Shown here piece after piece: positions 29,452-39,467 of a stretch of DNA of 64,000 nucleotides. The notes under the pieces were generated by a model, which saw only the letters and a program-made list of their open reading frames with translations, made no database searches and was not told where the DNA came from. Origin of the DNA: an uncultured Clostridia bacterium (GTDB taxonomy: Bacteria; Bacillota; Clostridia; TANB77; CAG-508); the NCBI GenBank assembly GCA_944387445.1, contig CALXEX010000002.1:28290-92289 (forward strand), in the 5' to 3' direction. Each line of letters opens with the position of its first letter. Within the stretch, counting starts at the first letter, position 1. The position numbers and the translations under genes are program-made.

Positions 29452-29736
29452 CTATCCTACTTCTTCATCACTAGAAAGTCTATATTTTATGTCATTAATC
29501 ATATCAACTGTAATTCCTTTCATTTTTGCCATTTTAATTAAATAATTTAGTTTTGCCTGATTCGCTTTCATTTCATAAATATAATAATCCACCAAATCAT
29601 CTTGCGCATATTCAAAATTTTTATCTACATTTTTTAACTCTCTTCTTGTTTTTATAATATTTTTAATCAGCTCAATTTCTCTTTCTCTTTCTTCCATATT
29701 CTCTATTTCGCTTTCTTTCATATATCCATCTTCCAT
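29452..29736 (-). CDS. DUF2508 (YaaL-like) protein
   Basis: FEYAQDDLVDYYIYEMKANQAKLNYLIKMAK pattern. 94 aa. Confidence 0.7.
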   Translation of the reverse strand: MEDGYMKESEIENMEEREREIELIKNIIKTRRELKNVDKNFEYAQDDLVDYYIYEMKANQAKLNYLIKMAKMKGITVDMINDIKYRLSSDEEVG

Positions 29737-29821
29737 AACTTTCCTCCTCGCCTTTTGCCATAATAGTATATTCCATTATCTTGCTTTTTATACTATCATT
29801 TTGTCCTATTGACCTTTTATT

Positions 29822-30082
29822 GTTACAGTTCACAGCTTAATCAATCCCCCTAGAGGCTTATGTTCTTCTAGATTGAATAAAATTTCGAATGTGATTGGAA
29901 AATAATTAGAAACTCTTGAATCATTTTATGGAAAATGTTCGCGTCGAGCGTAGCGAGGACTAAGTGAAAGGGTGCCATAAAATGATTTTAGAGTTTCTTA
30001 TTATTTGTATTGAGCCGAGAAATTTATGAAATCTAGAAAAACATAAGCCTCTAGGGGGATTGATTAAGCTGTGAATTGTAAC
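29822..30082. repeat. Rod-like hairpin element, copy C
   Basis: ~63-bp outer arms, the same junction strings (GAATGTGATTGGAA / TGTATTGAGCCGA), a different ~31-bp inner stem and a 43-nt apical loop. Flanked by the direct repeat CCTTTTATTG. Confidence 0.7.
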
Positions 30083-30189
30083 CCTTTTATTGAACAAAGT
30101 TAAATTATTTTAGCCAAAAGTCTTGTTTTTTTCGCTATTTTGTAGGATAATATATATGTATGATTATAAATTTTGAAAGGATATTTTAA

Positions 30190-32517
30190 ATGAAGCTAAT
30201 TGATAAATTTTTAAAGAAATTGAATATCAACAGAAATACTTTTGCAACATATATCTTAACTTTGTTAACAGTATATTTAGCTGTAGATAGAATTGTTGAA
30301 ATGCTTCTTATGATTTTTACAGGTGTATCTTACTCATATTGGGGACCTATTCAATATACCTTAGCTTTGGCTTGTCCAATTTTCGCATTTCTATTTTCAG
30401 GAAAATCTGAATTCGCCACTTCCAATATGAAAAAGGTTGCTATATTTTATGTATATGTCATTGGATTATATATCATTGCTGTTTCGATGTTCACCCAATG
30501 GCTAAACATGGGGGCTTGGTTATTATTATTATCTGTTCCTAATTACGTAGAATTAATTACGGATTTTTCTGACATTGTAAAACCAGCTTTTATTAGTATT
30601 TCACTTTATTTACCATTAGTGACAATATTCCCACTATTCAAATGGTTATATATGGGTATTAATGACAACTTGGATCAAATCCGTTCTATTTGGGATTATC
30701 CTGGAATTGATTTATCTGATCCTAAAAAGGATAGAGGTGCATATACTTGTGAAGTCTTTTTATGTACAGATCATGATTATGGTACAGTCATTACCATTCC
30801 TGAATCTTCTAGATATTTATCTTTATTTGTATGTGGTGGTTCTGGAACAGGAAAAACATCTTTAGTATTTGAACCAATGATTGCTAGAGATATTGAGAAA
30901 AAATACTTTTTTAGAGAAGTTTCAAAAGAAATGGGATTTACAGCACTAAAAACAGGTATTGCTCATTTGAAAAGACCTTATGATAATGATTATCTAAATG
31001 AAAACTTTAAATTAGAAATGCTTGCTCCTAATGCTGGAAAAGAAGCTGTTTATAATGGATATATGAAAAAAATGATTCTAGGAACACTAGATGGTGAAAA
31101 TGTATATAGAAATTTAGGATTAGAAATCATGTCTCCAGATTATGAATTACTTGATCATATGACACAAGTTTGTGATAATTATGGATTTAAATATAACATG
31201 ATTGATCCATCAAATCCTAATTCAATGGGATTAAATCCTTTTGTATATGATGAACCTTCAAAAATAGCAGTTACTATCTCTTCTGCTTTAAAATCTATGT
31301 ATAATAATGCACATGAAGAAGTAGAAGATGCCTATAGAGAAGACTTTATCATTCAAGCAATCGAAAATTTAGCTATTTTACTAAAAGAAATGTATCCTAG
31401 AATGAACGAAGGTGCTCTTCCTAATATGGAAGATATGCTAAAAATGTTCACCAATTTTGAATTGATAGAAAAGATGTGTGAAATATTAGCACATGATGAA
31501 GAATTAAAAGAAAAATATGCTATACAACTTGCATATTTTAGAAAATGTTTCTATAAAAACGGATCTGCTAGAGAACAAACAGAAAAAGATATTTATGCAG
31601 CTGTTACACAATTAGATAATCTTTTAAGATTACCTGGTGTCAAATCTATCTTATGTAATCGATTTAATAATATAGATTTTGATAAAGCACTTGCAAATGG
31701 TGAAATTACTTTTATATGTACAAGACGTGGTGATTTAGGATCATCAACACATCAAGCATTTGGACTATTCTTCTTAATATCAATGCAAAATGCAGTTTTA
31801 AGAAGACCAGGTGGAGAAAATTCAAGAGTTCCTAATTTCTTATATGTTGATGAATTCCCTGACTTTATTTGTAAAGCAACAGAAGCTATTTTTACAATGT
31901 ATAGAAAATATCGTGTTGGAACCATCATTTCTGCTCAAAACTTAGCACAATTAGAAACACCAAAATCTAGAGAAAATTATAAAAATACTATTTTATCAAA
32001 CTGTGCAAACAAAGTCTTTACAGGAAATGCAGAAATAAGTGAACTAAAATGGTGGTGTGACGAATTTGGTCAACACAGGGAATGGACTTACAAAGTTGAT
32101 TTTGACACCGAGAAGACACAATATGCACCTAAATATGGTGATGCAAAATGGGCATATGTCTATTATTTCACACCTGGTAAATTACAATCAATGCTAACAA
32201 ATAAATTATGTGCTTTTAAAGTTAGAGATCTCAACGGGAAACCACTAGTTGGACCTGGTAGATTTAACTACTTAGAATCTAAATATAAAGAAAAACAAAA
32301 AATCAAAGCTTATGATTTTGGTAAATATTCTGATGGTGTCACAACCTCTACAGAAGATGACACTTCATCTAAAAAGAAATTTGATTTAAAAAATCTAGAT
32401 TTCAAAGATGAAAGAGATGAAATTAATCCAGTACAAACAGACAATACAGATTCTAAATATTTATTTGATAATGATGATGCTGTTGTTATCAATTTCAAAA
32501 GAAACGAAAAGAAATAA
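30190..32517 (+). CDS. Membrane-anchored P-loop ATPase, TraG/TraD/VirD4 (type IV coupling protein)-like
   Basis: About 5 N-terminal TM helices, Walker A CGGSGTGKTS, Walker B FLYVDEFPDF, then YRKYRVGTIISAQNLAQL (TraG-D_C-like). Confidence 0.6.
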   Translation: MKLIDKFLKKLNINRNTFATYILTLLTVYLAVDRIVEMLLMIFTGVSYSYWGPIQYTLALACPIFAFLFSGKSEFATSNMKKVAIFYVYVIGLYIIAVSMFTQWLNMGAWLLLLSVPNYVELITDFSDIVKPAFISISLYLPLVTIFPLFKWLYMGINDNLDQIRSIWDYPGIDLSDPKKDRGAYTCEVFLCTDHDYGTVITIPESSRYLSLFVCGGSGTGKTSLVFEPMIARDIEKKYFFREVSKEMGFTALKTGIAHLKRPYDNDYLNENFKLEMLAPNAGKEAVYNGYMKKMILGTLDGENVYRNLGLEIMSPDYELLDHMTQVCDNYGFKYNMIDPSNPNSMGLNPFVYDEPSKIAVTISSALKSMYNNAHEEVEDAYREDFIIQAIENLAILLKEMYPRMNEGALPNMEDMLKMFTNFELIEKMCEILAHDEELKEKYAIQLAYFRKCFYKNGSAREQTEKDIYAAVTQLDNLLRLPGVKSILCNRFNNIDFDKALANGEITFICTRRGDLGSSTHQAFGLFFLISMQNAVLRRPGGENSRVPNFLYVDEFPDFICKATEAIFTMYRKYRVGTIISAQNLAQLETPKSRENYKNTILSNCANKVFTGNAEISELKWWCDEFGQHREWTYKVDFDTEKTQYAPKYGDAKWAYVYYFTPGKLQSMLTNKLCAFKVRDLNGKPLVGPGRFNYLESKYKEKQKIKAYDFGKYSDGVTTSTEDDTSSKKKFDLKNLDFKDERDEINPVQTDNTDSKYLFDNDDAVVINFKRNEKK

Positions 32518-32536
32518 TATATAATTTAGGATAAAA

Positions 32537-32581
32537 AAAGACTTACAAAAAACTAAATTTGTTTTTGTAAGTCTTCTTTTT
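32537..32581 (+). terminator. Intrinsic terminator
   Basis: AAGACTTACAAAAA ... TTTTTGTAAGTCTT hairpin followed by CTTTTT. Confidence 0.7.
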
Positions 32582-32598
32582 ATGTATTTGCTTTACTT

Positions 32599-33453
32599 TT
32601 ATATATTTAAACCTATCAACTCTAAGATAATTCCAGATATGACACCAATTCCATATAATAGAACTGTGATTTTAATATTTTCTTTGATACCTTTATTCGT
32701 TCTGAACAATACAGCTAGTCCTACCCCTGCTCCTACTAATAATCCAGCAATCATTGTTCCAACAGATATGATATTTTCTAAATACATTTGTGTAATAATA
32801 ACAGATGATGCACAATTTGGAATCAATCCAATAATTCCAGATATCATTGGTCCTAATATTGGTCTATCTAACATAAATCCTGCTATTGTTTCTTCTCCTA
32901 TAAAATAGATGGCTAAATTAATAACAAATGTTATAATCAATATAAAGATAAATATATTTACAGTATGTTTTAATGCAGATTTCCATATACCATGTTCACA
33001 ATGGCAATGCTCTTTTTCACATAAGTCAATAATTTTCTCTTCTTCTTGTTTTCCTTTATGTTTTAAACGTATCACCAAATCTATTAAGAAACCAGCTATC
33101 ATACCAATAACTAATTTGATAGCCAATATTTTGACAATCACATCAATGGCTACACCTTCTGATAAAAAGATTGGTAACATTTCATCTGATGTAGATAAGT
33201 AAACTGCAATTAACGTTCCCAAAGTAATAACTCTTGCTGCATATAAATTAGTAGCAGAAACAGAAAATCCACATTGTGGGACAATACCAAGTAAAGCTCC
33301 AAAAAATGGTCCGAATTTTCCTGACTTTTTGATTGTTTCCTTTGTTTTTTCCTTGGTTTTATGTTCTATGTATTCCATTAATAAATAGGTAAGAAATAAA
33401 AAAGGAATTAATCTTACACTATCTATTATTGTATCTTCTATGATTTCTAACAT
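32599..33453 (-). CDS. Putative 10-TM heavy-metal/manganese exporter (ArsP_2-like)
   Basis: GALLGIVPQCGFSVSATNLYAARVITLGTLIAVYLSTSDEMLPI and a second IIGLIPNCASS repeat. Confidence 0.55.
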   Translation of the reverse strand: MLEIIEDTIIDSVRLIPFLFLTYLLMEYIEHKTKEKTKETIKKSGKFGPFFGALLGIVPQCGFSVSATNLYAARVITLGTLIAVYLSTSDEMLPIFLSEGVAIDVIVKILAIKLVIGMIAGFLIDLVIRLKHKGKQEEEKIIDLCEKEHCHCEHGIWKSALKHTVNIFIFILIITFVINLAIYFIGEETIAGFMLDRPILGPMISGIIGLIPNCASSVIITQMYLENIISVGTMIAGLLVGAGVGLAVLFRTNKGIKENIKITVLLYGIGVISGIILELIGLNI

Positions 33454-33547
33454 CTTCTCCTCCTTTTTGTATGATATATATTACCACAAATTTCATAAAT
33501 TTTCAACCGAAATAGAAAAAATGTCCTATTGGGGGACATTTCCTTAA

Positions 33548-34201
33548 TTATCTTCTTCTATATCTTCCACAGATACAACCAGTTCTTCCATTATTTGTTG
33601 CATTTGGTACAACATTAATTCTTGTTCTTATTTCATCATTGTTACAACAATTATTTCCATTGTTATCTACAATTCGAATAACACCATTTATTGTATTCGC
33701 TGTATTTATATCATTGTTATTACAAGCTCCATTGTTATTGCTACATCCACAACAATCATTATCATTATCACAACAACAATTTCTTCCATTATTACTACTA
33801 ATTGTCAATAAATTATTGGTATTTCCATTTGCACAGCTACTATTGATGGTCAACAAGTCACCATTTCCGTTATTTTGGCAACAACTACTTATGGTCAATA
33901 GGTCATTTTCATGATGATTGTTATTCCAACAGCGATTTCTTCTACAATTATCATCATCATGATTGTTTTTAAAGAATCTATTGATTAAACAAGTAATGAA
34001 TGCTGTTATATAACTAATTAATGTATACAGCAAGGTAAGTGCTAAAACAACTACGTTTCCTATAATAAATGTAACAATAATGCCTATTGCAAATATAATT
34101 CCAGCTACTAATGCTGGACATTTTAATATTTTTTGTAAAGCTATGGAAAATATAATGACAGCTAATGGAATTGCAAAAAATATAAGTAAAATTGTATTCA
34201 T
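33548..34201 (-). CDS. Membrane-anchored Cys/Asn-rich repeat protein
   Basis: Three N-terminal TM helices. The tail carries three (D/N)LLTI(S/N)S repeats and CC/CCC clusters. Confidence 0.5.
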   Translation of the reverse strand: MNTILLIFFAIPLAVIIFSIALQKILKCPALVAGIIFAIGIIVTFIIGNVVVLALTLLYTLISYITAFITCLINRFFKNNHDDDNCRRNRCWNNNHHENDLLTISSCCQNNGNGDLLTINSSCANGNTNNLLTISSNNGRNCCCDNDNDCCGCSNNNGACNNNDINTANTINGVIRIVDNNGNNCCNNDEIRTRINVVPNATNNGRTGCICGRYRRR

Positions 34202-34270
34202 ATGCTTTCTCCTTTTTCTTTTTTACTATATTTTATGCATAATCCATTAATTTGGTTCATATTATGGTTT

Positions 34271-35017
34271 TTATTTCTCATATTCTACATTAACTAAGTA
34301 TAACCCTTGTGGTGGTAATGTTTTTCCTGCATTTTCTCTTTTTTGAGATTCGATAATGGTTTTGATTTCTTTTGGTTCTATTTTTCCCATACCTACTTCT
34401 ACTAATGTTCCTGCAATAATTCTTACCATATTATATAAAAAACCATTTCCCGTTAATTCTATATAAATTCTCTCATTACCGGCATCTATGACTTCTGCTT
34501 TATAAATGGTCCTCACACTACTCTTACTGCTTGTTCCGCTTGCTTTAAATGCCTTAAAATCATGTTCACCTTCAAAATATTTGACTGCTTGTTGCATTTT
34601 TTGTATATCTAATTTCATTGGTATATGTGTTTCTAAATTTCTATAAATAGCTGTTCCATATTTTGAATGATTAATAATATAGCGATATGTTTTTCTTTTA
34701 CAATTTAATCGACTATGAAATCTTTCTTCTACTTCTTCTGCTGATTGGATGACAATAGACTTTTTTAAATTTGAATTTAATGCTATCGGAATCTTTTCAA
34801 TTGGTATATTAGAATTTGTTTTAAAATTGGCTACTTGCCCAAGTGCATGTACACCTGCATCTGTTCTTCCTGATGCTGTTAAATCCACATCTTCTCCTGT
34901 TATTTGTTTAATGGCTTTTTCAATTTCTCCTTGAATATTTAATTTTGTTGGTTGTTTTTGCCATCCATTAAAGTCCTTTCCATCATATTCAATCACTAAT
35001 TTAATATTTCTCATCAT
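34271..35017 (-). CDS. truA: tRNA pseudouridine(38-40) synthase
   Basis: IEYDGKDFNGWQKQ and SGRTDAGVHALGQV motifs. Confidence 0.9.
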   Translation of the reverse strand: MMRNIKLVIEYDGKDFNGWQKQPTKLNIQGEIEKAIKQITGEDVDLTASGRTDAGVHALGQVANFKTNSNIPIEKIPIALNSNLKKSIVIQSAEEVEERFHSRLNCKRKTYRYIINHSKYGTAIYRNLETHIPMKLDIQKMQQAVKYFEGEHDFKAFKASGTSSKSSVRTIYKAEVIDAGNERIYIELTGNGFLYNMVRIIAGTLVEVGMGKIEPKEIKTIIESQKRENAGKTLPPQGLYLVNVEYEK

Positions 35018-35068
35018 CTACATTCCTCTCTATCACCAATCAATAAAAGTCGCATTTATAGCGACTTC

Positions 35069-36019
35069 TTATTCTTTCTTTTCTTTCTCTTCATTAGCTT
35101 TTTCCTCTTGTTTTTTCTCTTTATGTAATTTTTCTCTAATTTCTTTTATTTTGTTTCTTCTTTCTCTTTTCTCTACTGCAAATCTTTTTGTTACTACATT
35201 ACTAATTAATATCTTTTTCAAAGCATCTTCACTAACATCTGCAATTAATGTTCCATCTTTTGCAATAGAAATTTTTCCAGTTTCCTCAGAAACAACAACG
35301 ACAATAGCATCAGATTCTTTAGAAATTCCAATCGCTGCTCTATGTCTTGTTCCTAATTCTTTGGCTATATCATTATCATCTGCTAGTGGTAAAACACAAG
35401 CTCCAGCTGATATTTTATTTCCTGAAATAATCACTGCACCATCATGTAAGGGAGTTTTTGGCTCAAAGATATTCACTAATAGCTGAGGAGATACATCTGC
35501 ATTCATTGGTATTCCAGTAGATATGACATCTTGTATTTTTATATCTCTTTCTATGACAATAAGTGCTCCTATTTTACTCTTTGACAATTCTACTGACGCA
35601 ATAACAATTTTATAAATATCTTCTTTGGTCTTTGTTGCTAAATCTTTATCTATTCCAAAAAACTTCGTGAATTTATTAGTTCCTAATTGTTCAAGTCCTC
35701 TTCTTAATTCTGGTTGGAATATAACAATAATAGCAATCACTCCTAAATTCATGATTCCAGTTAAAATCCAATTCAAAATTTGTAAATTGAATAATCCACT
35801 AAGCCAAGTAATTACAATTAATAACACAATTCCTTTTATTAATTGCCAAGCTCTAGAGCCTTTTACAACTTTTAAAAAGGAATATATTAGAAAAATTACG
35901 ATTGCTAAATCGATAATTAATGTAATTAATTCAAATGGATTTTCTTGCAATGATTTTATATATCCTACTATATTATCTGTATAAAAATTTTCCCAATTCA
36001 TTCCAAAATCAATTATCAT
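35069..36019 (-). CDS. cdaA: Diadenylate cyclase CdaA
   Basis: Three N-terminal TM helices and a DAC domain (GALIVIERD, HDGAVII, GTRHRAA). Unusual K/E-rich C-terminal tail. Confidence 0.9.
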   Translation of the reverse strand: MIIDFGMNWENFYTDNIVGYIKSLQENPFELITLIIDLAIVIFLIYSFLKVVKGSRAWQLIKGIVLLIVITWLSGLFNLQILNWILTGIMNLGVIAIIVIFQPELRRGLEQLGTNKFTKFFGIDKDLATKTKEDIYKIVIASVELSKSKIGALIVIERDIKIQDVISTGIPMNADVSPQLLVNIFEPKTPLHDGAVIISGNKISAGACVLPLADDNDIAKELGTRHRAAIGISKESDAIVVVVSEETGKISIAKDGTLIADVSEDALKKILISNVVTKRFAVEKRERRNKIKEIREKLHKEKKQEEKANEEKEKKE

Positions 36020-36039
36020 ATTTTTACCTCTTTTTTTTA

Positions 36040-36195
36040 CTATATCATTAGTGAATATATTAGTGTTGAAGCTGTTGCCAATAGCATTAATATTGCTAAT
36101 ATACCAGCCATTACTTTTACAAAAATTTGCCCTTTATCATAATGTTTTGTTTTCTTTACTTTTTCTTGTTGCTTTTGTTTTTTTTCTTTTTTCAT
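36040..36195 (-). CDS. Small K-rich single-TM protein (51 aa)
   Basis: MKKEKKQKQQEKVKKTKHYDKGQIFVKVMAGILAILMLLATASTLIYSLMI, directly upstream of cdaA. Not in the track. Confidence 0.4.
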   Translation of the reverse strand: MKKEKKQKQQEKVKKTKHYDKGQIFVKVMAGILAILMLLATASTLIYSLMI

Positions 36196-36431
36196 TTTGC
36201 ATTCCTTCCTTTCTCTTTTTCTAATGAAAATTAAATATTATTTATTTTGATTTTTTATGCATCACTAAAAATTTTATTTCAACATCTATATTATATCATC
36301 ATTTTCTTGTTTTTTGTATAGTTTTGGGTAAATTTTTTTATTAAGACAGAAAAATCTTCATTTTATCTATATGCAGATTGATTTTGAGAATAAAAAAATC
36401 CCCCACCGAAGTGGGGGGAGGTCGAGTGGAG

Positions 36432-36551
36432 TTAAAATTTTATCGCCGTTATAAATTCTGGCGTCGCCTCGACCTCTTCTGGGGTCAATTCACAATCTCC
36501 TACAAGTTTGAGAATTGCCCAGATTTCTTCTTCTGGATCAAGTGTTCCCAT
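36432..36551 (-). CDS. Small acidic ORF (39 aa) in a G+C-rich islet
   Basis: Has its own extended -10 (TGATATAAT) and GAGGAGGTG SD. Encodes MGTLDPEEEIWAILKLVGDCELTPEEVEATPEFITAIKF. Followed by the terminator CCCCCCACTTCGGTGGGGG-TTTTTTT. Confidence 0.5.
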   Translation of the reverse strand: MGTLDPEEEIWAILKLVGDCELTPEEVEATPEFITAIKF

Positions 36552-36761
36552 CGGGAGCACCTCCTCTCTGCAGAATCAATGTTGACGAGTTACATTTTTC
36601 ATTATATCACAATTTACATAATATTTCAAATACTGGTTTTATAAAACCAGCATTTATCTTTACATTCTTTAAAATGTATATCACAAACATGTATATCCAA
36701 TCATAAACATATTCTTCTATTTTTAATACCACCTAAACTTCCAAGAGTATATACATACTAA

Positions 36762-38066
36762 TTACTTCATAATCTCCAATATCATTTTAGGCTTTGCTAC
36801 TTCTTTATTTTCAATTTTTATAACCTCTAATACCTTCTTCTTAGCATCTTCCATCTTTTCTTTTGAATTTGCATATATCGTAACTAATACATCATCCTTT
36901 TCCACTTTATCTGAAACTTTTTTATTTAAAATAATTCCTACTGCATTATCAATACTATCTTCTTTTTGGATTCTTCCTGCTCCTAAATCACAAACAATTT
37001 TTCCAATTGCTTTTGCATTCATACTTTGTATATATCCGTCTTTTTGACTATATACATTTTCTATATAGTTTGCCTTTGAAAATTGATTTGTATCTTTAAT
37101 ATATGAACTATCTCCACCCTGGTTTTCTACTAATTGTATGAATTTTTCATATCCTTTTCCATTTTCTATATTCTCTAATAATCTTGCCTTATTTTCTTCA
37201 ATATCTGCTCCTTTTCCCGCAAGTTTTACCATATATGCACCTAATTCTAGTACCACTTCTTTTACATCTTCTGGCATGTCTCCTTTTAAGAAATGAATTG
37301 CTTCTATCACTTCCAAGGAATTTCCCACAGCATATCCTAATGGTTCATCCATATTTGTAAGTACACATACTGTTTCTTTATTTGCTAATTTTCCTATTTC
37401 TATCATTTCTTCTGCTAAGGCTTCTGCTTTTTCTTTAGATTGCATAAAGGCACCTGAGCCACATGTTACATCTAATACAATTTTTTGTGCTCCACTTGCA
37501 ATTTTTTTACTCATAATACTAGAAGCAATTAATGGAATACTTTCTACACAAGAAATACTATCTCTTAAACTATATATTTTCTTATCTGCTGGTGCCAAAT
37601 TTAATGTCTGAGAAATCATACTGATTCCTACTTTTTCCACATTTTCTACAAATTTGTGGATATCTATCCCTGTTTGGTATCCTGGTATAGATTCTAATTT
37701 ATCAACCGTTCCGCCCGTAAATCCTAATCCTCTTCCAGACATTTTGGCAACTGGTACACCTAAAGAAGCAACTAGTGGTAATAAGATTAGAGATACCTTA
37801 TCTCCTACACCACCTGTAGAATGTTTATCAACAATCACTTCATTTAATCTTGATAAATCTAATTTTTCTCCCGAATTTGCCATCGCAATTGTTAAATCTG
37901 TTGTTTCTTGTTTGGTCATTCCATTTAAATACATCGCCATAATTAATGCAGATGCTTGATAATCTGCTATTTTATCATTTGTATATCCTTCGATAAAATA
38001 TTCAATTTCTTCTTTGGATAATTCTTTTTTGTCTCTCTTTTTTTCTATAATTTCTAGAATGTTCAT
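36762..38066 (-). CDS. pdp: Pyrimidine-nucleoside phosphorylase
   Basis: DKHSTGGVGDK motif. 434 aa. Confidence 0.9.
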   Translation of the reverse strand: MNILEIIEKKRDKKELSKEEIEYFIEGYTNDKIADYQASALIMAMYLNGMTKQETTDLTIAMANSGEKLDLSRLNEVIVDKHSTGGVGDKVSLILLPLVASLGVPVAKMSGRGLGFTGGTVDKLESIPGYQTGIDIHKFVENVEKVGISMISQTLNLAPADKKIYSLRDSISCVESIPLIASSIMSKKIASGAQKIVLDVTCGSGAFMQSKEKAEALAEEMIEIGKLANKETVCVLTNMDEPLGYAVGNSLEVIEAIHFLKGDMPEDVKEVVLELGAYMVKLAGKGADIEENKARLLENIENGKGYEKFIQLVENQGGDSSYIKDTNQFSKANYIENVYSQKDGYIQSMNAKAIGKIVCDLGAGRIQKEDSIDNAVGIILNKKVSDKVEKDDVLVTIYANSKEKMEDAKKKVLEVIKIENKEVAKPKMILEIMK

Positions 38067-38186
38067 CTTTTTACCTACTCTTTCTGTATGTTTAATACAA
38101 ACCTATTTTTTGTTATGTAATTAAAAAACTACTTAGCTTTATTTTTCAATGTGTTTTGCATTTATTCTAAATATTAATACTTTTTA

Positions 38187-38822
38187 TTACACAAAATGTT
38201 TAATAAATGTTTTTCTATGTATTGGACATGGTCCATATTCTTTTAATGCTTGTATATGTTTCGCTGTTCCATATCCTTTATGATTGATAAATCCATATTG
38301 TGGATAGATTTCATCCCATTCACGCATGATTCTATCCCTTGTAACTTTTGCAATAATAGATGCACAAGATATGTTATAGCATTTTGCATCTCCTTTAATA
38401 ATCGAATCATAAGGAATTCCTTTTGTATTAATATGTGTTAACGCATCTACCAATATTAAATTAGGTTTTACATCTAGTCCTTCTACAACTTTTGTAACAC
38501 CGTCTTTTGTTGCATTTAATATATTGATTTCATCTATCACATCTTGTCCAATAATTGCAACTGAATAACTAATGGCTTCTTCTAAAATCACATCATATAA
38601 TTTTTCTCTTTTCTTTTCTGAAACTTTTTTAGAATCATTGACACCTTCTATCATAGAATCTTTTGGCATAATAACCCCTGCAACAACAACAGGACCAGCT
38701 AGTGGTCCTCTTCCTGCTTCATCTATTCCACAAATATATTCAAAGCCCTTTTCATAAAGTTCTTTTTCCATACTTTTTAAATTGGTTAATCTTTCTAGTT
38801 CTTTTTCTTTAATTGTCTCCAA
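38187..38822 (-). CDS. rnhB: Ribonuclease HII
   Basis: GIDEAGRGPLAGPVV active-site motif. Confidence 0.9.
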   Translation of the reverse strand: METIKEKELERLTNLKSMEKELYEKGFEYICGIDEAGRGPLAGPVVVAGVIMPKDSMIEGVNDSKKVSEKKREKLYDVILEEAISYSVAIIGQDVIDEINILNATKDGVTKVVEGLDVKPNLILVDALTHINTKGIPYDSIIKGDAKCYNISCASIIAKVTRDRIMREWDEIYPQYGFINHKGYGTAKHIQALKEYGPCPIHRKTFIKHFV

Positions 38823-38936
38823 CCTTCTTTCCTTAGCTTTCTTATTTATTTCTTTTTATGACTTATTATATAGAAAAAATCCAATTTTATCTTGTCCATA
38901 TATGGATTTTTTCGTATACAACAAGACCCAAGCTTC

Positions 38937-39467
38937 TTATAATTCTATTTGTTCAATTTCTGTTAATGAATGTTTTCCTTGATACCCAATTGTATGATAA
39001 ATTTCTGCTGTTGTATCATCAATATTATATACAATCACATACCATCCATCTTCAGAATCAGATGTTACATCATGAATTCCCATTTTTTCTAAATTCTCTG
39101 TTGTTAATTTAAATACTTTTTCATTGTCTATATCTTCTTGCTTAATCCCTATATTTAATAACGCATCTACTATACTGTCATCAGAGGTAACTAAAGTACC
39201 TTTATCTTCTCCAGTCAATTCGTTTTTTGCTTTTGTTTTCATTTCATCTGTTGCATTTTGTGGATCTATCCCTAAATCAAAACTTGCATTTTCAACATAT
39301 TCTCTTGCTTTTGTCTGAATTAATAGCATATTGGTTTTTAACCCTTCTAAATTTGCTTTTTGTATAGAATCTTTTCCAGTATATATAGTAATTCCCGCTA
39401 AAATGAGTAGTAAAATGATCGTAATCATTAATGCAACAACTGTAATCCCTTTTTCATTTTTTTTCAT
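38937..39467 (-). CDS. Secreted/anchored protein with a pilin-like N-terminal hydrophobic segment
   Basis: MKKNEKGITVVALMITIILLLILAGITIY resembles a prepilin leader but has no Glu at +5. Confidence 0.35.
   Translation of the reverse strand: MKKNEKGITVVALMITIILLLILAGITIYTGKDSIQKANLEGLKTNMLLIQTKAREYVENASFDLGIDPQNATDEMKTKAKNELTGEDKGTLVTSDDSIVDALLNIGIKQEDIDNEKVFKLTTENLEKMGIHDVTSDSEDGWYVIVYNIDDTTAEIYHTIGYQGKHSLTEIEQIEL

Noticed and set aside
36378-36706. Track ORFs 36378-36644 and 36515-36706 (+)
   Set aside because: They are antisense to the small promoter-SD-ORF-terminator unit on the minus strand and have no SD.
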